Shown here: piece after piece, positions 52,203-64,000 of the stretch | Numbering within the stretch: position 1 is the first letter of the stretch | Layout: every line of letters starts with the position of its first letter | Origin: Mobula hypostoma | Taxonomy: Eukaryota | DNA: 64,000 nt | Reading direction: 5' to 3' | Assembly: GCF_963921235.1 (NCBI RefSeq) | Contig: NC_086101.1 | Span: forward strand, 7,442,001-7,506,000 | Notes under the pieces: generated by a model | Seen by the model: only the letters and a program-made list of their open reading frames with translations | Databases searched by the model: none | Told to the model about the DNA's origin: nothing | Position numbers and translations under genes: made by a program

Positions 52203-52320
52203 AACACACATCAAAGTTGCTGGTACCTCTTCCTAGAGATGCTGCCTGGCCTGCCGTGTTCACCAGCAACTTTGATGTGTGTTGCTTGAATTTTCAGCAT
52301 CTGCAGAATTCCTCATGTTT
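52203..52320 (+). mobile_element. Short Penelope-like terminus with an inverted 5' piece and 15-bp TSD
   Basis: AAGGAATTGTAGAGA (52188-52202) and AAGGAATTGTGGAGA (52321-52335). Confidence 0.8.
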
Positions 52321-53769
52321 AAGGAATTGTGGAGAGATGATTTTTTAGAGAAGCAAGGAATTACAGATGCAATAGATAATGAACTATCCAGGCCATAGCA
52401 TCTTCCCACTGCTACCTTTGGTCATTTATAAGGTATTGTTTAGACCATATTTAGAGTATTGTGATCAGTTTTGGGCCCCATATCAAAGAAAGGATGTGTT
52501 GGCATTGAAGAGGGATCAGAGGAAGTTCACAAGAATGAAAGGTTTAACGTATGACGAAGGGTCTCGGCCTGAAACGTCGACTGCGCCTCTTCCTATAGAT
52601 GCTGCCTGGCCTGCTGCGTTCACCAGCAACTTTGATGTATGTTGTTTGATGCTTCTACTCACTGGAGTCTAGACAAATGAGGCCGTATCTTACTGAATCC
52701 TACCAAATTTCGAAAGGTCTTGATAGAATGGACATGGAGAGGATCTTTCCAATAATGGGAGAGACCAGGACCCGAGAAAACAGCTTCAGAATACAAGGAT
52801 ATCTTTTAGAACAAACTTGAGGAGGAATTTCTTTTGCCAGAGGGTACTGAACCTGTAGAGTTCATTGCCAGAGCTGTGGAGGCCAAGTCATTGGGTATAT
52901 TTAAAGCGGAGGTTGATAAGTAAGGGCATCAAAGGTTACGAGGAGAATGGTATTGCGAGGGAAAATAAATCAGCCTTGATGGAATGGTGGAGCAAACTTA
53001 ATAGGCCGGACAGCCTAATTCTGCTCCTGTCATATGGTCTTACGGGCAGGAGGTTCCAAAGGGTGGAAATGACTAGTATGAGAAGCCATAGTTTTAAGAT
53101 GATTGGAGTGAAATTTAAGGGGGATGTCAAAGGTAGGTTTTTACACACAGAGAATGGCGGTTGTGTGGAACGTTGTGCCACAGGTGGTGATAGAAGCAGA
53201 TACTTTGGGGACACTTAAGGGACTCTTAGACATACGGATGGAGGAAAAGTGGAGGGCGACGTGGGAAGGAAGGGTTGGCTTGATCTTAGGGTACATTTGT
53301 AGAGGTTTTTTTGCTGTAACTTGGTACATGTAGTAACAATGAACACATTTACAAATTGAACGTTGTTTTCTCAAGTTCCTTCTGAACCTGTTTCCTTCAT
53401 CACTCCTCGCACAGTCTTCCAGCTATCAATGACTTACAGCACTCGATCAATGAAAAAAAATCCTACAGATGATAGAAATCTGAAATAAAAACAGAAGCCG
53501 CTGGAGGTGCAGGTCAGGCTGCAGCAGTGAGAATAGGTCAGGTCAGAGACCCTTGGCCAGAGTTCATTCAGAAAGAAGGCCCCTCTTCTTCCCCTCTTTC
53601 TTAGGCAGGTCTCCTTAGATCTGTGTCCTTACCCCCAACATTTGTGAGTTTAGGGCTGCATGGTGTCGTAGGAGCTAAGGTGCCAGCGATCACCGGTCAA
53701 CACTTGCTGCTGTTCTCTCCATGTTTGTTCCAGTTTCCTCCAACATTCCAATGGTGTATGGCTTTGGGG

Positions 53770-54715
53770 TTAAAGTTCAAAGTTCATATTGGTCACCAAA
53801 TACAAGCCTGAGATTCATTTTCTTGTGGGCAATCACGGTAAAAAAAAGGATCAGCCATGATTGAATGGTGCAGTAGGCTGGATGGGCTGAATGGCCTGAT
53901 TCTGTTCCTATGCCTTATGGCCTTACAGTCTTAAGTACCAGAACCACAATCAAATCAATGAACTACCACACCCAACACGGTGCACAATAGCCAATGTGCA
54001 AAAACCAACAAACTGAATATACTAAAAGAGGAAAAAACAATAATATTAATAATAAATAAGCAATAAAAGTCAAGTACATGAGATGAAGAGTCCTTGAAAG
54101 TGAGTTTATTAGGTCTTGGGACATTTCAGTAATGGGGCAAATGAATTTGGGTGAAATTGTCCCCCATGCTTCAAGAGCCTGCTGGTCAAGGGGTCATTAC
54201 TGTTCCTGAACCTGCTGGTGTGAGTCCTGGGGCTCCTGGACCTTCATCCTGATGGCGGCAATGAGAAGAAAGCATGGCCTGGGTAGTGGGCGTCCTTGAT
54301 GTTGCTTTCACGCATCAGCACTCCATGTAGATGTGTTCAGTGGTGGGGGGAGCTTTACCCATGGGCTGTATCCACAACTTTTTGTAGGCTTTTCTATTCA
54401 AGGGCATTGGCATTTCTATAGTGATACAACCAGTCAATATACTCGCCACCATACGCCTATAGAAGTTTGTCAAAGTTTTAATGACATGCTAAGTCTATGC
54501 AAACTTCTAAAAAGAAGAGGTCCTCTTATGCTTTCTTCATAATGGTTCTTATGTGCTGGGCCCAGGACAGGTCCTCTGAAATGATAACACCAAGGAATTT
54601 AAAGTTGCTGACGCTCTCCACCTCTGATCCCCTGGTGAGAACTGGCTCATGGGCCTCCAGATTCTTCCACCTGAAGTCAATAATCAGCTCTTTGGTCTTG
54701 CTGACATTGTGAAAC
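53770..54715 (-). mobile_element. Rex1/Babar-type LINE 3' fragment, decayed
   Basis: Homologous to 48820-49500 (tgggcccaggacaggtcctctga, ctctccacctctgatccc, ctgttcctgaacctg). Confidence 0.7.
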
Positions 54716-54812
54716 AGGTCATTTATGTTGGGGCTGGAAGCATGGCGATACTGCGGGCTACCCCAAATACATCCAGGGCATTAACAACATATTTCACTGT
54801 GTGTTTTGATGT

Positions 54813-55771
54813 TGTGACGGGGTCCTGAATTACCCCTATGAACTGTGTTCATTTACCCCAATTAACTGTGCTTTTGATGAGAGAGAGAGAGAGAGTTATT
54901 TAACACCAACATGTTGCTTTGAAAAGAGAGAGAGAGACGAAGACTAACTTTTGGACTATCACTTTAAGGCACTGGAAGTAACTTCCGGATTTCTGCTGAG
55001 TTGGAGAGAGAGATGGCACCGAGCAGCTTGTAAGTTGCTATGGTGACTGAAGGCTGCGTTATTTAATGGACAATTGATGTTATGACTTTTCTACAGCGTG
55101 TTGATACTTCTCAAGGACATTCACCTGCTTGTGCATTTCTTATACAGAGAAGAGAAGGAAAAATTATTTGAGTGACAGTTGATGCTCAGTACGGTGAGAT
55201 AAATAGAAGGTCAGATAATAGTCCTCAGACACATGTTTTGTCACTGAATGAGCTTTGTTGTGCCCGTAGGAAAAAAGTGGGTTTTTGGAGGATTGATCAG
55301 TGGCTCTTGCAGTGAAAAGAAAAGGCAGTGACCAGTGGGGAGTTGTCCATATGTCCACCCTCATCTGGGTGATAGCTCCACCACAGAAAACCAGTCCCCT
55401 TTGTTGCGGTCACAGTCGGTGACTTCTAAAGGATTTCAGAGGACAACGAGAAGATCGACGGCATCAGCTCACCTGAAGACTCAAATCTCTCCCTCTCTCT
55501 CCATCACTACTCAGCTCAATACCACAAAGTGAACTGAAGTTTACTCATTATCGTAAGACTATCTATTCACCCCTAGACTTGAAGAAGCTTGGTTTTCATA
55601 TGTATTCCACACTTACTTATATATAATCATTGCTAACCTGTTTGATTTATCTGCACTTATATTATTGTATTGCATAGTTACTAATAAATATCATTAGTTA
55701 ATAGCAATACTGGACTCCAAAGTGTATTCTATTTCTGCTGGTTCTTTATTCCCGTCACGGGGTACGTGACA
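54813..55771 (+). mobile_element. Solo LTR (959 bp) with 4-bp TSD, inserted in a SINE tail
   Basis: TGTGACG...CGTGACA termini; ATGT at 54809-54812 and 55772-55775; AATAAA near 55683; SINE tail (tttcactgtg..gatgt|..aataaagctaatct) is continuous across it. Confidence 0.85.
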
Positions 55772-56942
55772 ATGTATATTCAACTAATAAAGCTAATCTT
55801 TAAATTCTCTTGAAAATCTTTGTAAGTGCTGGATACAGTCTTGGTCACCCTGTTAGAGTAAAACATGGTTGAACTGGAAAGAGTATATGGAAGATTTATG
55901 GGGACATTGCCAGGACTAGAGGGTTTGGCATAGGAGTACAAATGCACTGTTTGTTGAAAATAACATCACAGGTAGACCGGGCAGTGTAAAAGGCAGTTAG
56001 CACTCTGGCCGTCATCAGTCTGGGTAGTGTGTACAGGAGCTGGGACATTATGTTCTGGTTGCGTAAATCACTGGTGAAGCCACACTCGGATATCATAAAA
56101 TTTGTTGTCTGAGGCAGCAGTACATTGTAATACATAATAATAAAAAACTGTAAATTCCAATAAGTATATAAAATCTAGATTAAATAGGTAGTGCTAAAAG
56201 AGAGCTAAAAAATAGTGAGGTAGTGTTCCTGGGTTCATTGTCCATTCAGAAATCTGATGACCAAGGGGAAGAAGCTGTTGAGTGTGGGTCTTCAGGCTCC
56301 TGTACCTCCCCCCAGATGGTAGTAATGAGGTGAGGGCACGTCCTGGGTGGAGGGAGTCCTTAGCGATGGATGGCACCTTTCTTGAGTCATCTTCTTTTGA
56401 AGGTGACCTCGATGCTGGTGCCCGTGATGGAGCTCACAGAGCTTACAGCTTTCTACAGCTTCCGATCCTGTGCAGGGTATGGAAGGAGCTGCCAGAGGAC
56501 GTGGCTCAGGCAGCTACCTGAGTTTCTTGACCCTAAGGTCAATGAAGGAGGAGTTGGAAAGGGAAAGAGATGACATTCCCAAGAGGTGGACCTCGGTTTA
56601 ACAAAAACTGGGCAGTTGGGACAGGGGAAGCTTAGATTTTAATGTGAAAAGTATAGGAAAAAAATGACTGGTCAGTTTGAAATTCTACAGATTGTGTCAT
56701 AATGTTTTTGGAATGACGAGGTTTAAAGACGACACACTAAAATGGTACCTCTTTTCATCAGCTCTCTATTTTAATCCCCTCTCTGGTCATTAAACCAGCT
56801 GGGTAAATGTAATAGAAAGCACAACAATGGTTCTACAGACACTCACACTCCATGAACAATTAACATAGAATCCCATCTTGATGCGGTGCAACAAAATCCC
56901 ACTGGTCCTGATACCGGCCGGCTCTGCGAATGCCAGGCCTGG

Positions 56943-57130
56943 TCAGCAGTGTTGCTGGCGAGCTACAGCACGCAGCTGGTGTGGCTGTGGGTTCAGTATC
57001 CCACCGACGACAGGGGTGAGGTCAAGTTCGGCTCCGTGCAGGGCGACCAAGTCAAACTTCTGCAGCAGGGTCACAAAGAACAGGAAGAGCTCCACTTTGG
57101 CCAGCGTCTCTCCAGGACAGCTCCTGCGCC
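56943..57130 (-). CDS. Cytochrome P450 family 2 (CYP2K/CYP2W-like; subfamily uncertain), terminal coding exon; upstream exons are outside the window
   Basis: Branch-like gctaac, acceptor ttgttactcgtcacag|, phase-1 GRRSCPGETLAKVELFLFFVTLLQKF...LDLTPVVGGILNPQPHQLRAVAR with the heme-ligand Cys; TGA at 56943-56945; ATTAAA on minus near 56770. Confidence 0.93.
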
Positions 57131-57601
57131 CTGTGACGAGTAACAAGCCCTGGTGTTAGCAGCGACCTTGGCAAAACATTAACACTACAGACAGAGTACA
57201 GTGGGAAACAGCGAATGGTGGAAGTGCTTCTCAGGTCAGGCAGCATCTATAGAGGGAGAAGTAGATGTAATAGTCCTGACTTCAATGTTGTAAATGGCAT
57301 TCCTTGACAGACAGTTCATGATATGATATTATAAAGTCACAGAGCATCAATTCATTCAGCATGGTCTGGGCACCTAGCTACAGGAGAGATATAAATAAGA
57401 TTGAAAGGGTACAGAGAACATTTACAAGGATGTTGCTGGGTCTTGCAGACCTGAATTGGAGATAATGAAGGCATATGGTATGTTTGCATTCGTGGGTCGG
57501 GGCATTGAGTGAGGAAGTCTTGTCACGGCTGTATAATGTTTTCGTTAGGCCACATTTTGAGTATTGTGTCCAATTCTGATCACCCATTATAGGAAGGATG
57601 T

Positions 57602-57829
57602 AACACACACAAAAATTGCTGGTGAAAGCAGCAGGCCAGGCAGCATCTATAGGAAGAGGTACAGTCGACGTTTCGGGCCGAGACCCTTCATTAGTCCTGG
57701 CGAAGGGTCTCGGCCCAAAACGTCGACTGTACCTCTTCCTATAGATATTGCCTGGCCTGCTGCGTTCACCAGCATCTTTTGTGCATGTTGCTTGAATTTC
57801 CAGCATCTGCAGAATTCCTCCTGTTTGTG
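57602..57829. mobile_element. Palindromic (inverted) Penelope-like terminus inserted in a CR1 fragment, 13-bp TSD
   Basis: Inverted arms of about 85-90 bp around 57690; ATAGGAAGGATGT (57589-57601) and ATAGGAAAGATGT (57830-57842). Confidence 0.85.
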
Positions 57830-58897
57830 ATAGGAAAGATGTGGAGGTTTTGGAGAGCGTACAGAAGAGGTTCTCCAGGATGTGGCCTGAATGAGAGAGT
57901 ATGAGCTATGAGGAGAGGCTGTGTCCTCCGAAGCTATACAGGCCAAGGGGAGATCTGGTAGGGGATTATAAAATCATGAGAGGCATTGATAGTGCAGTCA
58001 GTAAGAAAGGTCATCCCAGGGTAGAAATATCTCATACCAGAGAACATGCTGAGAGTGGGTAAGTTTAAAAGAGATGGGCGGGACAAGTTGTTTATCACAG
58101 GGAGCGGTGGGTACCTGGAACAGCTGCCAGAGGCACTGGTGGAGACAGATACAACAGACATGCTGTACTCACGGGCTGCTAGACAGGAGATGAAGGGATA
58201 GGGATCGCGTGCGGGCAGAAGAGATTTAGTTACATTTGTTACTGGGTACAGCACAGAGGTGTGGGTTGGAGGTCTGTTCCCATACTGTTCTGTGTTCTAT
58301 ATTCCCCCATTTACACCTCTCATAACTTTACACACTGCGGCTAAATCGCTTTGCAGTCATCTCCGTTCCAAAGAGGGCAAGCCTAACCCAGACGGCCTCC
58401 TCGTTATATGGCAGCACAGCGTCAACACTAAGATCAGAGTTCAATTCCCGCCACTGTCTGTAAGGAGTTTGTACCTCCTCCCAATGGCGGTGCAGGTTTC
58501 CTATAGGTGTTCCGGTTTCCACCCACATTTCAAAGACTTATGGGTTAGTAAGATGCGGGCGTGTTAAGTTGGCGCCGGAAGCAAGGGAACCCTTGCAGGC
58601 TGACCCCAGCACATCCTTGGCACAATGACACATTTCACTATATGTCTCGATATCTCAATATACTCGTGATAAATATTCTTTAAATCTCTAAAATCTATAT
58701 AATTACCCAATCATTGTAACATCCTTGGAGACATGGCATCTGCCAGCAAATTAGGACAGGGAGCATCAGTTTAGAGTACGGAAGGTGTCCGAGGGATACC
58801 CATTCCCATAAAAAACAGTGGATGGAGAAGGCACATCTGTTCCTTCGATAAGTCAAATTGTTTATTCTGGCCCCGTATGCTCAGAGCATTGAGGAGG

Positions 58898-60608
58898 CAT
58901 AGACAATAGACAATAGGTGCAGGAGTAGGCCATTCGGCCCTTCGAGCCAGCACCGCCATTCACTGTGATCATGGCTGATCATCCACAATCAGTATCCAGT
59001 TCCTGCCTTATCCCCATAACCTTTGACTCCGCTATCATTAAGATCTCTATCTAACTCTTTTTTTGAAAGCATCCAGAGACTTGGCCTCCACAGCCTTCTG
59101 AGGCAGAGCATTCCACAGATCCACAACTCTCTGGGTGAAAAAGGTTTTCCTCAACTCTGTTCTAAACAGCCTACTCCTTATTCTCAAATTGTGGCCTCTG
59201 GTTCTGGACTACCCCAACATCGGGAACATGTTTCCTGCCCCTAGCGTGTCCAATCCCTTAATAATCTTCTATGTTTCAATCAGATCCCCTCTCATCCTTC
59301 TAAATTCCAGTGTCTACAAGCTCAGTCGCTCCAATCTTTCAACATATGACAGTCTTGCCATCCCGGGAATTAACCTCGTGAACCTACGCTGCACTCCCTC
59401 AATAGCAAGAATGTCCTTCCTCAAATTTGGAGGCCCAAACTGTACACAATATTCCAGCTGTGGTCTCACCAGGGCCCTGTACAACGCAGATGGACCTCTT
59501 TGCTCCCATACTCAACTCCCCTTGTTATGAAGGCCAACATGCCATTAGCTTTCTTCACTGCCTGCTGTATCTGCATGCTTACTTACAGTGACTGATGAAC
59601 AAAGACACCAAGATCTCGTTGTACTTCCCCTTTTCCTAACTTAACACCATTCAAATAGTAATGTCTTCCTGTTCTTGCCACCAAAGTGGATAACCTCACA
59701 TTTATCCACATTAAACTGCATCTGCCATGCATCTGCCCACTCACCCAACCTGTCCAAGTCACCCTGCATTATCTCAAGATCCTCCGCACATTTCACACTG
59801 CCACCCAGCTTTGTGTCATCTGCAAATTTTCTAATGTTACTTTTAATCCCTTCATTAATTAATATTGTAAATAGCTGCGCTCCCAGCACCGAGCCTTGTG
59901 GTACCCCACTAGTCACCACCTGCCATTCTGAAAGGGACCCATTAATCCCTACTCTTTGTTTCCTGTCTGTCAACCAATTTACAATCCATATCAGTACCCT
60001 ACCCCCAATACCATGTGCTTTAATTTTGCCCACTAATCTCCTACATGGGACCTTATCAATGGCTTTCTGAAAGTCCAGGTACACTACATCCACTGGCTCT
60101 CTCTTGTCCATTTTCATAGTTACATCCTCAAAAAATTCCAGAAGATTAGTCAAGCATGATTTCCCCTTCGAAAATCCATGCTGACTCGGACCGATCCTGT
60201 TACTGATATCCAAATGTGCCGCTATTTCATCCTTTATAATTGACTCCAGCATCTTCCCCACCACTTATGTCAGGCTAACTGGTATATAATTCCCTGTTTT
60301 CTTTCTCCCTACTTTCTTAAAAAGTGGGATAACATTAGCTACACTCCAGTCCTCAGGAACTGATCCTGAATCTATAGAACTTTGGAAAATAATTACAAAT
60401 GCGTCCACGATTTCTAGAGCCACCTCCTTTAGTACCCTGGGGATTTATCAGCCTTCAGTCCCATCAGTCTATCCAACACCATTTTCTGCCTAATGTGCAT
60501 CTCCTTCAGTTCCTCCATTACCCTTGGTCCTCCGGCCACTATTACATCTGGGAGATTGTTTGTGTCTTCCCTAGTGAAGACAGATCCGTAGTACCTGTTC
60601 AACTCGTA
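58898..60608 (-). mobile_element. CR1 LINE, 5'-truncated RT region (intronic to the CYP2 gene)
   Basis: ORF 59641-60264: GKSCLTNLLEFFE, YLDFQKA, SGVPQGSVLG, FADDTK; (TATTGTC)n tail. Confidence 0.93.
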
Positions 60609-61739
60609 CTTTGAGAGGGACAGAAAGGAGAAAGAAAGTACTGGATACTCTGAGATAGAGTGAGGGAATCTGGTGTGTGTGATAAAGAAAGGCAGATTTC
60701 TGACTAGCCTGTTCCCGAGTCGCTCATGTCATTCATGGGCGTATCGATTAACATAACGCTTAACAGCACCAGCACCCTGGGTTCAATTCTCACCACTGTC
60801 TGTAAGGAGATTGTATTGTACATTATTATCCCTGGGGCTGCATGGGTTTCCTGCAGGTGCTCCGATTCCTCCACATTCCAAAGGCATTCTGGTTGATTGG
60901 TTAGGCCAGTCCTGAGGAAGGGTCTTGTCCTGAAAAGTCAACTGTTTATTCATTTCCACAGATGCTGAATGACTTATTGTGTTGTGTGTGTTGCTTTGGG
61001 TTAGGGTTAGTAAGTTGTGGGCATGCAATGTTGGCGTCGGAAGCATGGAAATTTTTGGGGGCTTCCCCCAGCACAGCCTCAGACTCGGGTGCATATCATG
61101 GTGTGTTTTGATGTTGATGTTATAAAATAAAGCTGAACTTTATCAAATCCATCTTTTCTGTCTTCGAACTACCAGCATATTCCGGAGTAAAGGGTCTGCT
61201 GTATGGTGCATTTGGACTTAAAGAGGCTCCAACTCTTACATTTGTGTGACATTTTTGTCCTAAAGTTCAAATGTTTGAATATTCCTTCAAGAGGAGAGAG
61301 ATAAAACCTGGGAGCAAAATAGCATCCGGGGGAAGAGTAATGTATTCAAAGACATGCAGTACCAACAGCAGGGAGTGCTTGAACACCATTCACAGCTGAG
61401 GTATTTATAGAACATTATAAACAGTGATTTAGGAGCTCTGAAATGTAAATTGTTCAAAGTGAGAATAGGCACTCAGAAAGATTAGTAGAATACATTCTTT
61501 GTGATTGCAATTACATGTTGGTCCCAGGACGGATCCCCTGCTGTGGTAATGACAAGGAATTGAAAGTTATTGACCCTCTCTATCTTCGAACCCCTGATGA
61601 GGATTGGCTCATGGACCTCTGGTTGCTTCCTCCTGTACTCATTAATCGGCCTTTGGTTTTGCTGACATTGAGTGAGAGGTCATTGTTGTGTCACCATTCA
61701 ACCAGATTTCCTGTCCTAATGAAAGATATCTCCTCCTCG

Positions 61740-63250
61740 CGGCGCACCTCAGGGGTGTGTGCTTAGCCCACTGTTCTACTCTCTGTATACCCATGACTGT
61801 GTGGCTAGGCATTGCTCAAATACCATCTACAAATTTGCTGATGATACAACCATTGTTGGTAGGATGCTGTCCAAGTTGCATGCCATCTTGGTCAATGTCT
61901 CCCATCCACTACATAATGTACTGGTTGGGCACAGGAGTACATTCAGCCAGAGACTCATTCCACCGAGATGCAGCACTGAGCGTCATAGGAAGCCATTCCT
62001 GCCTGTGGCCATCAAACTTTACAACTCCTCCCTTGGAGGGTCAGACACCCTGAGCCAATAGGCTGGTCCTGGAATAATTTACATATTACTATTTAATTAT
62101 TTATGCTTTTATTACTATTTAATTATTTATGGTGCAACTGTAACGAAAACCAATTTCCCCCGGGATCAATAAAGTATGACTATGACTATGACTAATCTCA
62201 GATGGAGACAAGAGGGCACAGGAGTGAGATATGCCAACTAGTGGAGTGGTGTTGCAGCAACAACCTGGCACTCAATATCAGTAAGGTGAAAGGCCAGGCA
62301 GCATCTCTAGGAAGAGGTACAGTCGACGTTTCAGGCCAAGACCCTTCGAAGGGTCTCAGCCTGAAACGTCGACTGTACCTCTTCCTAGAGATGCTGCCTG
62401 GCCTGCTGCGTTCACCAGCAACTTTGATGTGTGATACTTGAATTTCCAGCATTTGCAGAATTCCTGTTGTTCAGTAAGATGAAAGTGCTGATTGTGGACT
62501 TCAGGAAAGGGCAGATGAGGGAACACGAACCAGTCCTCATAGAGGGATCAGAAGTGGAGAGAGTGAGCAGTTTCGTGTTCCTGGGTGTCAAGATCTGTGA
62601 GGGCCTAAACTGGTCCCAACACATCGATGCAGTTATAAAGAAGGCAAGACAGTGACTATACTTCATTAGGAGTTTGAAGAGATTTGGCATGTCAACAAAT
62701 ACACTCAAAAACTTCTGTAGCTGTACCATGGAGAGCATTCAGGCAGGCTGCATGTCTGGAATGGGGTGGGGCTACTGTACAGGACCAAAAGAAGCTGCAG
62801 AAAGTCGTAAATTTAATCGGCTCCATCTTGGGTACTGGCCTACAAAGTACCCAGGACACCTTCAAGGAGAGGTGTCTCACAAAGGCAGCGTCCATTATTA
62901 AGGACCTCCAGCACCCAGGGCATGCCCTTTTCTCACTGTTACCATCAGGTAGGAGGTACAGAAGCCTGAAAGCACACACTCAGTGATTCAGGATCAGCTT
63001 CTTCCCCTCTGCCGTCCGATTCCTAAATGGACATTGAACCTGTGAACACTACCTCACCTTTTTAACATATATTATTTCTGTTTTTGCACTGTTTTTAATC
63101 TATTCAATATACATATACTGTAATTGATTTACTTATTTTTTTATTATTATTATTTTTTCTTCTTCTATATTAAGTGTTGCATTGAACTGCTGCTGCAAAG
63201 TTAACAAATTTCACAACACATGCCAGTGATTATCAACCTGATTCTGATTT
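61740..63250 (+). mobile_element. Rex1/Babar-type LINE with nested Rex1 3' end (61862-62193) and Penelope-like palindrome (62293-62470)
   Basis: LSPLFYSLYTHDC...KFADDTTIVG, WCCSNNLALNISK, FLGVKI..LNWSQH, HPGHALFSLLPSGRRYRSLK. Confidence 0.87.
62293..62470. mobile_element. Palindromic Penelope-like terminus, 15-bp TSD
   Basis: Near-perfect palindrome centred on CCCTTCGAAGGG (about 62347); TCAGTAAGGTGAAAG (62278-62292) and TCAGTAAGATGAAAG (62471-62485). Confidence 0.85.
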
Positions 63251-64000
63251 TGAGGACCCAAAACATCAACTGCTTACTCCTTTCTATAGTTGCTGCTTGG
63301 CCTACTGAGTTCCTCCAGCATTTTGTGTGTGTTACTTTGGATTTCCAGCATGTGCAGGTATTCTTGTGTTTCAATCTCCTTCCTAAATGCCAAATCGTCC
63401 CCACCTTTGATTCAGCCAACAACAGTCAGCAAGCTTAAGTATGCCATTTGAGGTGTGCTTAGCCACACAGTCAAGTATAAAGTGAGAAGAGCAGGGGGCT
63501 AAGCATAAAGCCTTGTGGTGCACCCGCGCTGATGATGATTGTGGAGGCGATGCTATTGCCAATCCAAACTACCTGAGGTCTGCAAGTGAGGAAATCAACG
63601 ATCCAGTTGCACGTGGAATCCTAGGTCAATGAAGAACATTCTGATGTACGCACTTTCATTGCCCAGATGTTCCAATTGAGTGAAGAGCCAATGAAACGTT
63701 GACCTGCTATGTCAACAGGCAAATTGGAGCAGATCCAAGTCACTCCTCAGGCAAGAGTCACTATGGTTCATGTCAAAGCACTGATGGCAATTTCCCCAGA
63801 TCAGATGGCATGGTAGTGTGGTGGTTAGTTCAATCACTTTACAGTGGTAACGATTACCGATCAGGGTTAGGTTCCCGCCGTTATCCGTAAGGAGTGTGTA
63901 CATTTCTTACATGTGCTCCCGTTTCCTCCCACATTGCAAAGACATACAGGTTAGGGTTAGTGAACTGTGGGCATGCTATATTGTCACCGGAAGCGTGGTC

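Noticed and set aside
57602..57829. Palindromes as CRISPR repeats, intrinsic terminators or miRNA genes
   Set aside because: Eukaryotic context, no repeat-spacer array, and the arms are copies of the dispersed Penelope-like terminus bounded by TSDs.
57131..64000. Exon 8 of the minus-strand CYP2 gene
   Set aside because: I found no PFSAG-type donor or PxxFxPxxFL motif by eye, so this stretch is treated as intron.

Overview
This is eukaryotic vertebrate genomic DNA, most likely from a cartilaginous fish (shark or ray). That assignment is inferred from the repeat content: dense CR1 LINEs, Rex1/Babar-type LINEs, V-domain SINEs and Penelope-like elements. Most of the window is nested, decayed transposable elements, and nearly all entries in the ORF track are TE fragments, their antisense frames or microsatellite artefacts. 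Host-gene content I can support: (1) an intact terminal heme-binding exon of a cytochrome P450 family 2 gene on the minus strand (56943-57130), whose other exons lie beyond the right edge; (2) a convergent, decayed CYP2 paralogue on the plus strand, visible as remnants of its last two exons (about 37521-37653 and 41187-41398). The paralogue's splice sites are still canonical, it lies just downstream of a cluster of RFX X-box motifs, and splicing would give a 50-aa alternative-frame ORF; (3) an unassigned candidate exon (4384-4524, minus). Notable mobile elements: a full-length CR1 with target-site duplication (TSD) (32631-37068), many Penelope-like 3' ends carrying a minimal hammerhead-ribozyme motif (several inserted as palindromes with 13-15 bp TSDs), a solo LTR with a 4-bp TSD, a Chapaev3-like DNA transposon, an RTE-clade LINE and a Tc1-like element. 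There is also a 650-bp compound microsatellite inside a CpG-rich island. All family calls are by motif recognition, and boundaries without a TSD are approximate.
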